DNA of 64,000 nt from a virus. The DNA lies in IMG/VR virus record IMGVR_UViG_3300019458_000024, positions 18,209-82,208 of that record, one strand, 5' to 3'. How positions within the stretch are numbered: position 1 is the stretch's first letter; every line of letters starts with the position of its first letter. The notes beneath the pieces were generated by a model, which saw only the letters and a program-made list of their open reading frames with translations, was not told the origin of the DNA and ran no database searches. Shown in pieces: positions 17,544 to 27,283 of this stretch. A program made the translations under genes and the position numbers.

Positions 17544-19706
17544 GTGTCTTGGCAGGTTATTAAAAGTGACTGTTTATCAGCATTAAAAACGTTTAATGAT
17601 GAGTCTGTTCATTCTATTATTACTGATCCTCCATACGGACTAGGCTCTGAGCCTACTCCTGAACAATTAATTGCGTTTATCAGCGGGGATGACGTTCGAC
17701 TCAATGATAAAGATTTCATGGGCAAGGATTGGTCAATTCCTTCTGTGGCTGTTTGGAAGGAATGCTTTCGCGTATTGAAGCCAGGGGGACATTTGCTAGT
17801 ATTCGGTGGAAGTCGCACGTTTGATCTCATGTCTCTTGGTATTCGTACGGCTGGATTTGAATACCGAGACACGGTTATGTGGATCTATGGTTGTTTGTCA
17901 GAAGACACAGAAATACTTGTAGATGGAGAATGGGTACCTTACTTCAAAGCAGTAAAAGGTAGGCACGCACTTTGTTATGATAGAGAATCTAATAGTTATT
18001 CGTGGGAAAAAATCAACAATTTGTACGTGTATGAATACAACGATATCGCGTACAAAATTACGTCAGATAGTACAGACCAACTCGTCACCAAAAACCATCG
18101 CTGCTTGGTTGAACAAAACGGAAACTTTGAATTCAAAGAAGCGTGGGAAGCTGCACTGGACGCAGAAACACGCGTACCCGTTTTGGAAGGTTTGTCAGAA
18201 TTGCTTAACTGTATTCCCCTGCCGGACAAACGAGCAGGCTTTGAGGAAAAGGGCGTGCTCGACACTATGTGCGGGCCGCTTAATTTCAAAAGCAAGGAAA
18301 GGGAAATACAGAACCCTAGTAAGAGTTTGTGTAATTTGCAAGAAATCCTACCGTGCGTACATCAGCAAGAAACGAGCCTCGAACAGAAAATTCTGCAGCA
18401 ACAGGTGCAGAATAATCTGGAGGAAAAAGAATCCACACTTATGGGATCACCTTTACAAGGTGGGGCATCTGGGCAGAAGCGGATGGACAGCGGAATCAAT
18501 GGCGTCTTACAAATTAAAAATGAGTGGCAGCAAAAACCCTGCATGGAAGGGAGGGATTACGAAGTTGAAAGCCAGAGGCAATTACAAGAATGTTGTTTTG
18601 GTTCGGTGTCCGCCGGAGTTTCACAAGATGGCTCAACAGAACGGGTATGTATTGGAGCACAGGTTAATAGTAGCAAAACAGATCAAAAGAGTATTGACAC
18701 AAAAAGAAGTTGTTCACCACATGGATCACAATCCGCAAAACAATGCAGCTACGAATTTAGCATTGTTCAAGACAAACAAAGATCACAAACTGTTCGAGCA
18801 TCATGGAAGACCGCTGCCTCTCTGGCAAGGTTCGAAGAAATAGAATACTCAGGCATTGTTTGGTGCATATCAGTTCCTACGGGTGCTTTTGTAGCAAGAC
18901 GAAATGGTAAGATATTTGTTACAGGTAATTCAGGATTCAATAAGGGAGGAGATATCTCGAAAAAGATTGATAAATCCCTCGGTGTAGAACCTACAGTTAT
19001 CGGAGAAAATCCTAATCACAGGCCGCTGTCCGGCGTTAGTTATGAAGGAATTTATGCTGGTGGCAATACTGGAAGCAAGTATGTTACTGCGGCTACTAGT
19101 GATGAGGCAAAGGTGTGGGAAGGTTGGGGCGTATCGATTAAGCCAGCTCACGAGCCGATAGTCATGGCAAGAAAACCATTCAAGGGAGCATTATTTAAAA
19201 ATGTGTTGAAGCACGGCACCGGTGCAGTGAACATTGATGCCTGTAGAATTCCAACAGAAGACAAACTGACAAGAAAACTGGGAAAAACGACAGAATCAGA
19301 TGCCGGCTGGAAATCCGTCAATCGATCAGAAATTGCAGGAAAAGATGGTGGTAGAGTGCCTGCAAATGTAATCCTTGACGAAGAGGTTGGAGAGATTTTA
19401 GACTCTCAAGAATCTAAATCTAAGCCTGCCCGTTTTTTTTACTGCGCCAAAGCTTCAAAGTCTGAAAAGAATGAGGCTGGGCCTAATAATCATCCAACAG
19501 TGAAGCCGGTAGATTTGATGCAGTGGCTGGTTAGACTAGTTACTCCTCCTGGTGGTGTGATATTGGATCCGTACGCAGGTAGTGGCACTACTGGGGTAGC
19601 TGCGGTTTCCGAAGGTTTTTCCTTTATAGGAATAGAAAAGTGCCAAGAGTATGTTGACATTGCAAGACAGCGAATTGAGCATATTGAATTCGAGAATCGC
19701 GAATAG
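17544..19706 (+). CDS. beta-class N4/N6 DNA methyltransferase with intein
   Basis: TDPPYG, RVLKPGG, WIYG|intein|SGF.K, KPAHEP, HPTVKP, LDPYAGSGTTG. Confidence 0.92.
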   Translation: MSWQVIKSDCLSALKTFNDESVHSIITDPPYGLGSEPTPEQLIAFISGDDVRLNDKDFMGKDWSIPSVAVWKECFRVLKPGGHLLVFGGSRTFDLMSLGIRTAGFEYRDTVMWIYGCLSEDTEILVDGEWVPYFKAVKGRHALCYDRESNSYSWEKINNLYVYEYNDIAYKITSDSTDQLVTKNHRCLVEQNGNFEFKEAWEAALDAETRVPVLEGLSELLNCIPLPDKRAGFEEKGVLDTMCGPLNFKSKEREIQNPSKSLCNLQEILPCVHQQETSLEQKILQQQVQNNLEEKESTLMGSPLQGGASGQKRMDSGINGVLQIKNEWQQKPCMEGRDYEVESQRQLQECCFGSVSAGVSQDGSTERVCIGAQVNSSKTDQKSIDTKRSCSPHGSQSAKQCSYEFSIVQDKQRSQTVRASWKTAASLARFEEIEYSGIVWCISVPTGAFVARRNGKIFVTGNSGFNKGGDISKKIDKSLGVEPTVIGENPNHRPLSGVSYEGIYAGGNTGSKYVTAATSDEAKVWEGWGVSIKPAHEPIVMARKPFKGALFKNVLKHGTGAVNIDACRIPTEDKLTRKLGKTTESDAGWKSVNRSEIAGKDGGRVPANVILDEEVGEILDSQESKSKPARFFYCAKASKSEKNEAGPNNHPTVKPVDLMQWLVRLVTPPGGVILDPYAGSGTTGVAAVSEGFSFIGIEKCQEYVDIARQRIEHIEFENRE
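17892..18929 (+). mobile_element. intein in the DNA methyltransferase (346 aa)
   Basis: WIYG|CLSEDTEIL...VTKNHR (block B)...YSGIVWCISVPTGAFVARRNGKIFVTGN|SGF. Confidence 0.9.
17977..18843 (+). CDS. HNH endonuclease nested in the +1 frame inside the methyltransferase intein
   Basis: CxxC/FCSxxC zinc motifs, SGSKNPAWKGG, GYVLEHRL...EVVHHMDHNPQNNAATNL..H. The true start is uncertain. Confidence 0.85.
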   Translation: MIENLIVIRGKKSTICTCMNTTISRTKLRQIVQTNSSPKTIAAWLNKTETLNSKKRGKLHWTQKHAYPFWKVCQNCLTVFPCRTNEQALRKRACSTLCAGRLISKARKGKYRTLVRVCVICKKSYRAYISKKRASNRKFCSNRCRIIWRKKNPHLWDHLYKVGHLGRSGWTAESMASYKLKMSGSKNPAWKGGITKLKARGNYKNVVLVRCPPEFHKMAQQNGYVLEHRLIVAKQIKRVLTQKEVVHHMDHNPQNNAATNLALFKTNKDHKLFEHHGRPLPLWQGSKK

Positions 19707-19709
19707 CAA

Positions 19710-21629
19710 ATGAGATTCCTTTCGGTAGAAATTCAAAATTTCATGTCGTATGGAGAGCCAGCACAGACTCTCCGTTTGGAAGACTTGGGTTTGGTATCTA
19801 TTGTAGGTATTAACAAGGACGCGTTGGGTGCTTGTTCAAATGGTTCCGGAAAGTCTTCTATCATGGAAGCGATTGTATGGACATTGTATGGACAGACAAT
19901 GCGTGGTTACAAGGGGGACGAAGTAGTCAATAGAACAAACAAGGAGAACTGTTTTGTTAGACTGGCCTTGGAAGAAAATAACTCACTATATGAAATCAAG
20001 AGAACCAGAAAAGTTAATCAAAAACGTTCTAATGATTTGTGCTTGTTTATAGACGGTGTAGATGCTTCGCAAGGAACCGTAGCAGACACACAAGCAACTA
20101 TTCAAACTATCATTGGTATGGATTTTTGTACATTTACGCAAAGTGTGATGATGTGGCACGGTACGCAACCCTTCAGTAAAATGACAGATAAAGAGCAAAA
20201 AGAGGTCCTGGAAGACATACTTCAAATAGACCAGCTCGCTAAGGCCAAAGATATTGTTAAGAATAAAATTTCTAAGGGACAAGAAAGTCTAAAAAATCTG
20301 ACAAATAGAGTGTTGTTTTTAGACGCGACAATAGAAGATCTTTCCTTGTCTATTTCCAAACTGTCTTCACAAGACTCTCAATACGCTGAAACAATCAAAC
20401 AAAGACGTATTGCGCTGTTAACTAAAAAAGTAGATACGGAACTAAAAATAAATGAATTATATAAAAACACCGGGCTCGACAAACTAATTAAAATTAGAGA
20501 AAATATAAGTAGTAAATTAGAGGTTATAGGCAATAGCCGAAGACATGTACAAACTGAAAAGCTTATTGTTGCCCGTTCGTTTGCTGAAAAAAAAGCTGCC
20601 TTATCAAAAAGAGAAGGCGTGGTCCAAGGAAGGATCATACAACTCCAAGAGGATATCAAAGCATTTAACACCCTCGCTGGGAAAGTATGTCCAACGTGCA
20701 AGCAAGAGTTCCACGTTGAGACAGCTTCATCCTGCATGGACATCTGGGCTAAAGAAGCCGAACGGCTACGATCACAAGAGATTGGCCCCATCGTCAACGC
20801 GCAAGAGGCTCTCCACGGAGACGAGCAATCTGAACTCAGTGCATTGGCGATTGAAGAAAGCCGTATCAATCAGGAAATTGGAACGGCCCAAGCCGAGCTG
20901 CAAAGCGCGGATGATAACGTCCGTAAAAGGAAGGCCACGCTTCAAGTTGTCTGTGAGTTGGAGCACCAGGCTCTTGGAATCCAAAAAGAACTCAACCAGC
21001 TTGACGAAGAGAAAAATCCGTATTCCGGCCTCATTGAGGAGAGTAGGAAAAAGCGAGACGACTGCGAAGGAGAGCGAAGATCCCTTACCTGCAAGATTGA
21101 TTCTCTTTCTTTTGAATTAAGCCACCTAGAATACTGGAATCACGGTTTTGGTAATAGCGGATTAAAGTCTTACATACTCGATAATGTAGTTCCTTTTCTT
21201 ACAGAAAAAGCGCAAGAATATGCTGATATAGTATCTGGAGGGGATATCAGGTTGGAGTTTTCTACGCAAACAAAGCTGAAATCTGGAGAGATGAAGGACA
21301 GCTTTCAAGTCAAGGCTGTTAATCTAAAAGGCGCAGATGTTTATCACGGAAATTCTGATGGAGAACGCAGACGTATAGATATTGCCGTTGGTTGGGCTTT
21401 GGCAGACCTAGCAGCGACAAGAGCTAAAAAACCTATATATTTTAGAGGTTTAGATGAGCCTTTTGAACACTTAGATACTGTTGGCGAAGATTTGGTAATA
21501 AAATTACTTCACAAAGTTTTGCCAAGGTATGAAACTGTAATGTGTGTCACACATAGTGCACACCTAAGAGATCAATTTCCGAAGGAGGTTGTGGTAACAT
21601 TTAAGAATGGATTTTCGAAAATTTCGTAG
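19710..21629 (+). CDS. Rad50/SbcC/gp46-like SMC ATPase
   Basis: NFMSY, NGSGKS, coiled coil with CPTC hook, SDGE signature, LDEPFEHLD, VTH. Confidence 0.92.
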   Translation: MRFLSVEIQNFMSYGEPAQTLRLEDLGLVSIVGINKDALGACSNGSGKSSIMEAIVWTLYGQTMRGYKGDEVVNRTNKENCFVRLALEENNSLYEIKRTRKVNQKRSNDLCLFIDGVDASQGTVADTQATIQTIIGMDFCTFTQSVMMWHGTQPFSKMTDKEQKEVLEDILQIDQLAKAKDIVKNKISKGQESLKNLTNRVLFLDATIEDLSLSISKLSSQDSQYAETIKQRRIALLTKKVDTELKINELYKNTGLDKLIKIRENISSKLEVIGNSRRHVQTEKLIVARSFAEKKAALSKREGVVQGRIIQLQEDIKAFNTLAGKVCPTCKQEFHVETASSCMDIWAKEAERLRSQEIGPIVNAQEALHGDEQSELSALAIEESRINQEIGTAQAELQSADDNVRKRKATLQVVCELEHQALGIQKELNQLDEEKNPYSGLIEESRKKRDDCEGERRSLTCKIDSLSFELSHLEYWNHGFGNSGLKSYILDNVVPFLTEKAQEYADIVSGGDIRLEFSTQTKLKSGEMKDSFQVKAVNLKGADVYHGNSDGERRRIDIAVGWALADLAATRAKKPIYFRGLDEPFEHLDTVGEDLVIKLLHKVLPRYETVMCVTHSAHLRDQFPKEVVVTFKNGFSKIS

Positions 21630-21796
21630 GGACTCCTGGGTAGGGCAGCACAGACATGATCTGATGTACTCTGTTTCCCCCTTCCGAGTTCCCAGATCAA
21701 GCGCCTGAGTCTGTGTAGTGGTAGGCAGTGATTAGTTAATACTAATCCGGCAGTTAAAAATGGCGCGCGAGACAACCTGGGAGTCCCTACCTTTTT
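21626..21796 (+). ncRNA. candidate structured non-coding RNA (family not recognised)
   Basis: 16-bp closing stem 21626-21641/21775-21790 with two G-U pairs, nested internal helices, and a following T-run. Confidence 0.6.
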
Positions 21797-21812
21797 AAAT
21801 GGGAATGTAATT

Positions 21813-22190
21813 ATGAATGAAAATGTAAAAGAAGTGCAAAGTAGGTTATTTGCGGGTGTTGATCCCGATACCCCTGTAGACCAGATTCCACAAACCGTAA
21901 AGGACAGGTTGTTTGCCATTGTTTGGCAATTATTTCAAAGCCATAGAGTTTGTGAGTTGTTAAAAAATAATATTACTATCGTGGATCGAATAGATCCTGA
22001 CAGTAAGACTATTGAAACTCTGGTGGTGGAAAACCCTGTTTCCGTTGGTCCCCCTCTTACCAGTGGCCAAGTAGTAGAGTTGCAGACTTTGCTCAAGATA
22101 GCCGGCTGCAAAAGTCCTGACAAAATCTTTCAAAGCGTCATGAAGATATTTGGACAGGAAGGTCCTACTGTTCATTTGGGAGGCTCTTAA
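21813..22190 (+). CDS. hypothetical protein
   Basis: 125 aa ORF. Confidence 0.6.
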   Translation: MNENVKEVQSRLFAGVDPDTPVDQIPQTVKDRLFAIVWQLFQSHRVCELLKNNITIVDRIDPDSKTIETLVVENPVSVGPPLTSGQVVELQTLLKIAGCKSPDKIFQSVMKIFGQEGPTVHLGGS

Positions 22191-22192
22191 AC

Positions 22193-22561
22193 ATGGCTAA
22201 TCGCAATAAGCAACGCGGAAACGAACTGGAAAGAGCGCTAGTCCAGGAAGCCAAAGAGGCCGGCCTATCTGCAATTCGCGCTTGGGGCAGCAATGGAAGG
22301 GCTCTAGGCGAGGCGGAAACAGTAGATTGTATAGTTGATAACGTACGCATCCAGGCTAAAAGGCGGAAAAAGTTACCCGAATATTTACAAGTTCCTGAAG
22401 GAGCCGACATAGTGGTTTTTAGGCAAGACCGCTATGAGCCGCTGGCACTCATTCCCTACTCAGAGTGGCTGCGACTACGATTGCTAGTATCTAAATTAGA
22501 AGATCTGAAAAAGAATGATGATAATGACAAAAAAGAACCAACAACTACCAACAATCCCTAA
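22193..22561 (+). CDS. Hjc-like (PD-(D/E)xK) Holliday junction resolvase
   Basis: NKQRGNELER..A.RAWGS...VD...IQAKR. Confidence 0.75.
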   Translation: MANRNKQRGNELERALVQEAKEAGLSAIRAWGSNGRALGEAETVDCIVDNVRIQAKRRKKLPEYLQVPEGADIVVFRQDRYEPLALIPYSEWLRLRLLVSKLEDLKKNDDNDKKEPTTTNNP

Positions 22562-22621
22562 ATGTCCAGATTGCAAAGAGTCTATGCTTTATTGCAAATG
22601 CCTCAATAAAAGCTTGAAGAA

Positions 22622-23095
22622 ATGAAAAAATATGTAGCTCACTGTGACGGTTCTATTTCTGGGGGTAATCCTGGAGGGTGGGCTGTAGGAGGGTGGGTGC
22701 TGCGTAATGATGAATCTTGTGAAGTTGTACAATACGGCTGTGTTGATTTAGGGAAAAATGAACACAACACTAACAATATGGCGGAATACGCGGCTGTTTA
22801 TGGGGTAATGTGGTGGGCTTATTTACACACGCCACCAACATCTCGTATTGATGTATTTAGTGACAGTCGATTGGTTGTCATGCAACTGAAGCAGCTTTGG
22901 CAGTGCAACCGTGCGCAATTAATCCGATTCAGAGATAGTATTTGGAGTTTGACTAAAAAATTTGAAGTTTCGTATAACTGGCTTCCCAGAAACGAAAACA
23001 AAGACGCCGATGCTGTATCTAGACTACTTTATGGAGATAAGATTGTAGAACCTTGGACAGCGGAGGAAAGCTACACAATTCCGTTATGCGCGTGA
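22622..23095 (+). CDS. rnhA: ribonuclease HI
   Basis: DGS..GNPG, TNNMAEY, SDS.LVV.Q, W.PR.EN..AD. Confidence 0.9.
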   Translation: MKKYVAHCDGSISGGNPGGWAVGGWVLRNDESCEVVQYGCVDLGKNEHNTNNMAEYAAVYGVMWWAYLHTPPTSRIDVFSDSRLVVMQLKQLWQCNRAQLIRFRDSIWSLTKKFEVSYNWLPRNENKDADAVSRLLYGDKIVEPWTAEESYTIPLCA

Positions 23096-23583
23096 TGGAG
23101 CAACCAAACCTGAAACTTAAAATGCGGAGAGATGACCCGCAAAGTTGGCTTGCACGCATGGCGCCTTGCACTGTATTGCCTGGAGAGATTTTAGCCGGGG
23201 CAGGTGGGCTAGAGGAAAAAAGAAAGATTGTCGCTGCTTTTTTAGTGCAACTTCCTAAGGGAGGACGTTTAGCCACTGTAGCGAGATGTTGCAACTCCGG
23301 ATATGAGTTGGTAGATAAAATTACCAAGACTGGTTTTGTATTACCGGAACTTCCACTCATACCCAATAATGAAATTATTGGATTAAAGCCAAGCAGTGCT
23401 GAATATATCTCTTACAGTAATATTTATAGAAACAGGTCAAAAGATATCGACGAAAAAGAGAAGAAAATCATAGAGTTTATTACGCACGTCTTAGGTGTTT
23501 CAATCACAGATAAGCTGGAAATGTCTTTACCAGATGTTTTTCCAGTTACTAGGATTGATGTTGGCATGATTTGGGAGAAATAA
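23053..23583 (+). CDS. hypothetical protein
   Basis: ORF abutting the terminase start; the start is uncertain. Confidence 0.55.
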   Translation: MDSGGKLHNSVMRVMEQPNLKLKMRRDDPQSWLARMAPCTVLPGEILAGAGGLEEKRKIVAAFLVQLPKGGRLATVARCCNSGYELVDKITKTGFVLPELPLIPNNEIIGLKPSSAEYISYSNIYRNRSKDIDEKEKKIIEFITHVLGVSITDKLEMSLPDVFPVTRIDVGMIWEK

Positions 23584-25413
23584 GTGCCTGATCAGATAAA
23601 ACCTAAGAGAAAGGCTGCTGTCTTTGCTGGTGGCACTCCATCCGCTCCTGGTCAAGCTACTCCGTACCTTAAAGGCATTCAACCTCTAGATGTACAAAAG
23701 ACTATTGCACAAGCTACTCCATCACAATTGTCCTTTTTAATGGGCAATAACTTTGCGCTATGGGCACAGTATGCAGGTATTGAAGTAGATCAAAGAGTAT
23801 TTGATTTTGATCACCACAGATATTTGCTTCCAATTTATCTTTGTGACGCCAAGGAGATGGCGTGGATGAAGAGCGCTCAAATGGGGGCTACTATTTATGA
23901 AGTATTGAGGCTCTTGTGGTTTTGTAGGTATCACCAAGTTAAGGCGGCGTTATATTTCCCTACTTCCGACGGTGTAACCAAACTGGCTAAGGACCGGCTG
24001 AACCCTATCATTTCTTCCAACAAAGAGTTGTCTGATAATTTGAAAGATGGGGATGCGCTAGGACTCAAGCACATAAACAATATTCACGGAAAACAGTCCT
24101 CTTTGTATATGCTGTACCTCGGGGGAACCGCTTCTAAAGACTCAGTTCCCTTGGATATTTTAGGTTTCGACGAAGTTAGACTTTGTGATAATAACGATAT
24201 AGACCAAGCCAGAGAGCGTGTGTCGCACTCTATGTGGAAGTACATGATGTACGTTTCTACTGCAGGGCATCCATACAACGACATTGACGCCAGATTCCAA
24301 CGTGGTACGCAGAATTTTTGGCATGTGAAGTGTGGTGGCTGCCTTGATGGTTTTATCCCATCCGAGTGTTTTCCAGATTGTATAATTGAAACCAGGGATA
24401 AACAAGTTTTTCTTAGATGTCCGCGTTGCAAATCTATTATCAAGGATCCGCAGAACGGAAATTATGTTCCACACAACCCTGGTGCGGACTATCCTTCATT
24501 TCATATTAGTCAATTTATTTCCAAATTCATCTCTCCAAAAGAGATTTGGACACACTACAACACGTCCACAAATAAGAAAGAATTTTACAACGCTAAACTT
24601 GGCAAACCTTACGTGGATGAGGAGAACATGCCAATCAACGATGATGTGTTGGAAAGTTGCGTAAACACAGATTTGCGGTGGCTAGCAAAAAGTGCCAATA
24701 AAGCAGATAAAAAGAATTGCGCTATGGGCGTGGACCAACACGGTGGAAATGTCTACGTAACCATCATGAAAAGGGGTAAAGACAACAAAAAGCAAATTGT
24801 ACATCTTGAAGTAGTAGATTGTGATAACCCAAATTATTGGGAAGCTGGCAAGCCTGTAAGTCCATTCAAAAGACTACATGAACTTATGAAGGAGTTTGAT
24901 GTCAGTATGTGTGTTATTGACTGTATGCCCAACTACAACGAGGCTACACAGTTTGCTAGAGATTTTCCAGGACGCGTGTTCGTAGCTTGGTACGGAGGAC
25001 CGGAACAGAAAGACATGGTTCTGTGGCACGATAAATTGCGTACAAAAGAAGCCATGAGGAAGGGGTCTAAGCAAATTAAGATCAAGTGGCAAGTCACTAT
25101 AAACAGGTACACGGGCATTGATTTTGTTTTGAATGAGTTTGTAGATAGAAATATTGAAATGCCACACCCAGATGGCCTGGTTCAAGTTGCCCGCAGTCCA
25201 CAGGGGCGATGGGAAGCTGAAAACATCTGTCGGGCTAGATACTGGCTTCATCTAAAGAGTATTGTTCGTCAAAAAACTTGGATTGATGAACAAACTGGTC
25301 GTTTCAAAATGGAATGGGTATACTTAGGTAGAGACCCGCATTTTGTACACTCTAGTTTATATTGTAGTATTGCTATTGAAAGAATGAAAAGACAAACCAT
25401 ATTCGTTTTTTAA
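23584..25413 (+). CDS. terminase large subunit, lambda GpA-like
   Basis: KSAQMGAT (Walker A), FDE (Walker B), VST, CxxC/CPRC zinc insert, FHISQ, FYN..LG.PY, nuclease MGVD, VID, DPH. Confidence 0.88.
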   Translation: MPDQIKPKRKAAVFAGGTPSAPGQATPYLKGIQPLDVQKTIAQATPSQLSFLMGNNFALWAQYAGIEVDQRVFDFDHHRYLLPIYLCDAKEMAWMKSAQMGATIYEVLRLLWFCRYHQVKAALYFPTSDGVTKLAKDRLNPIISSNKELSDNLKDGDALGLKHINNIHGKQSSLYMLYLGGTASKDSVPLDILGFDEVRLCDNNDIDQARERVSHSMWKYMMYVSTAGHPYNDIDARFQRGTQNFWHVKCGGCLDGFIPSECFPDCIIETRDKQVFLRCPRCKSIIKDPQNGNYVPHNPGADYPSFHISQFISKFISPKEIWTHYNTSTNKKEFYNAKLGKPYVDEENMPINDDVLESCVNTDLRWLAKSANKADKKNCAMGVDQHGGNVYVTIMKRGKDNKKQIVHLEVVDCDNPNYWEAGKPVSPFKRLHELMKEFDVSMCVIDCMPNYNEATQFARDFPGRVFVAWYGGPEQKDMVLWHDKLRTKEAMRKGSKQIKIKWQVTINRYTGIDFVLNEFVDRNIEMPHPDGLVQVARSPQGRWEAENICRARYWLHLKSIVRQKTWIDEQTGRFKMEWVYLGRDPHFVHSSLYCSIAIERMKRQTIFVF

Positions 25414-25426
25414 GGAGATTGTTATT

Positions 25427-26215
25427 ATGAAAATTGATGAGAAGAAGAATTTATTTCCCACTACTAACCCCAATGCCTACAAGGGGTCATTCTATGAAGA
25501 AATGAGGAAAACCGAGCCGTTTAAACAAGGTAGTAAGGAGTTTTGGGATCCGATTAAGGCAGAGTCGCCGCCTTTTGAAATAAAACTTGAAAAATTGGAC
25601 GTAGATAAGTATTTAAATGAGAAAGCTACTGCTCTGTACAACACTAAGCTTGGTAGTACTGTTATTGAGTATTATCAGTGTCCTACGGATGGTGATCGTT
25701 TTGCACTGGCTATTGGCACCATTCCAGTTGCGAATTTAACAGATCCCGATGACCCAATTAAATATGTAAATAGTGAACCGACTTGGGAACTTAAGTGTTC
25801 CTTGATTCATTATTTAGGTGTTCGGTGTGTTGCTGATTCGCACGGTCGTCCTCCTGAAAAATCTGTAAAAAAGTGGGCTGAGGTTCTTAACAGGTTGGCT
25901 GATTCTGGTGTGTGGCAATTCGGCACATTAGCCTCTGCTTTTTGCTTTCCTTTGTTGGTAGATGCGAAAGGTGAACTTTTACTGGAAAGAAGTTTGGACA
26001 ATCCTTTTGGAGATATTGACACATCCCAAAAAACTGTTCGTTCCAGAATCGGCAAACGAGGTCAGCAACTAATGCTTACTACTTACATAGGCGTTCATCC
26101 TGCTTACGCTGTAAAAGACTACGAAAAGGGAGTGGAGCTGCTGAACCAAAAATATGGAAATTTCTTTGTATTTGAAGGAGAGACCGGACGAGAGGTCTGG
26201 AATGACAATGAATAA
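25427..26215 (+). CDS. hypothetical protein
   Basis: 262 aa ORF with an AAGGAG RBS. Confidence 0.7.
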   Translation: MKIDEKKNLFPTTNPNAYKGSFYEEMRKTEPFKQGSKEFWDPIKAESPPFEIKLEKLDVDKYLNEKATALYNTKLGSTVIEYYQCPTDGDRFALAIGTIPVANLTDPDDPIKYVNSEPTWELKCSLIHYLGVRCVADSHGRPPEKSVKKWAEVLNRLADSGVWQFGTLASAFCFPLLVDAKGELLLERSLDNPFGDIDTSQKTVRSRIGKRGQQLMLTTYIGVHPAYAVKDYEKGVELLNQKYGNFFVFEGETGREVWNDNE

Positions 26216-26814
26216 TGGCTGATGATCTCAAAGATCCTGCGGACAGAAGCAAGTGGACTGAAGCTTTAGAAGTCACTCACGCTTTTGACATAGAGGAACG
26301 CCGGCTTGAGGTGCAACGCCTCAAGTTTAAAGGCGGCACTGTGCGCGGCATTGCTGCTCAACTAGGTGTCAGTCCTAGTACTATTCAGTTGGACATCAAA
26401 GCAATAAAGGCGGCTAATGCCGCTGCTGAAGGAGAAATTACTAGTGAAGATCGGTTAGCTGAGGCTATGGTGCACTACAGAGAGTTAGAAGCACAGGCAT
26501 GGAGGTCATACCACGCGGCGCAGGAAGGCTCCATGCAGGCTCTTAAGGCGTTGGATCTGTTGAGAGTTATACAATCTGATAAAATCAAAGCACTTAGAGA
26601 TACTGGATTTATCAGAGATGCTCCTGCACAAGTGGAGGTCCAAGTCAGTCACAGATTGGAACAAATAGCTACGCCTGAGCTTATGGCTGAGCTTTCTATA
26701 GCTCTTATAGAAAAAGGACTGACTCCACAGCTAGCAGAGCCTGTTCCGGAGAATGAAATTTTAGATGCGGAGGTTGTTGAATATGACGAGGAAAATGACA
26801 CCGGACAGGACTAG
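26215..26814 (+). CDS. putative terminase small subunit (HTH)
   Basis: TVRGIAAQLGVSPSTIQLD HTH, a helical body and an ILDAEVVE tail, near the large subunit. Confidence 0.6.
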   Translation: MADDLKDPADRSKWTEALEVTHAFDIEERRLEVQRLKFKGGTVRGIAAQLGVSPSTIQLDIKAIKAANAAAEGEITSEDRLAEAMVHYRELEAQAWRSYHAAQEGSMQALKALDLLRVIQSDKIKALRDTGFIRDAPAQVEVQVSHRLEQIATPELMAELSIALIEKGLTPQLAEPVPENEILDAEVVEYDEENDTGQD

Positions 26815-27262
26815 TAGAACTATGCGGAGTAGTTCTTGGGAATACGACACCCATCTTAAAATGGAAGATATCATCAGCTCATTTATAGATGATAGTGGTC
26901 ATTTTGTGCTTAGGATGACGCCTGAGACGGCTTTGGCGTTGCACAGAAGCGCATTGTACCATACAGGTCAGCTTTCACTTACTCCAACTACAGGTTTTGT
27001 TGAATTAACTTATCAATGCCCGTCCGGGCCTATGAAAGTTATTCCCTGCGAAAAGGGTTGGAAGCCTTTCATTGGGTTTGACCCTCTGCCGGATGGGGTT
27101 GGCTTAGTGTATAGGAATATTAAAGGTTTACCTGCATATCTATTTGATTTCAGAGGGCCTTATGGGAAAATATGCAAAGATTTCAGTGCTATAAGAGAGG
27201 CGCTGGGATTTGCCCCGAAGCACTATATTAAAGTGCGAAAAGACGCTCTTTGGAATTTTTAA
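26765..27262 (+). CDS. hypothetical protein ending in ALWNF
   Basis: ORF with an uncertain start; the C-terminal motif is shared with other ORFs. Confidence 0.6.
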   Translation: MRRLLNMTRKMTPDRTSRTMRSSSWEYDTHLKMEDIISSFIDDSGHFVLRMTPETALALHRSALYHTGQLSLTPTTGFVELTYQCPSGPMKVIPCEKGWKPFIGFDPLPDGVGLVYRNIKGLPAYLFDFRGPYGKICKDFSAIREALGFAPKHYIKVRKDALWNF

Positions 27263-27283
27263 TACCCCTGGGATGCTTAGATT

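Noticed and set aside
20545-21120. 191-aa alternate-frame ORF in the Rad50-like gene
   Set aside because: It has no recognisable motifs and looks like a coiled-coil shadow ORF, unlike the nested HNH.
21660-21670. Hammerhead core in the RNA candidate
   Set aside because: It reads CUGAUGU rather than CUGANGA, and there is no correctly placed GAAA.
25481-25501. GGGGTCATTCTATGAAGAA shared with 34366-34384 (partial reverse copy of the 13-mer motif)
   Set aside because: It is inside a CDS, a single instance, and does not match the full 13-mer, so no function can be supported.
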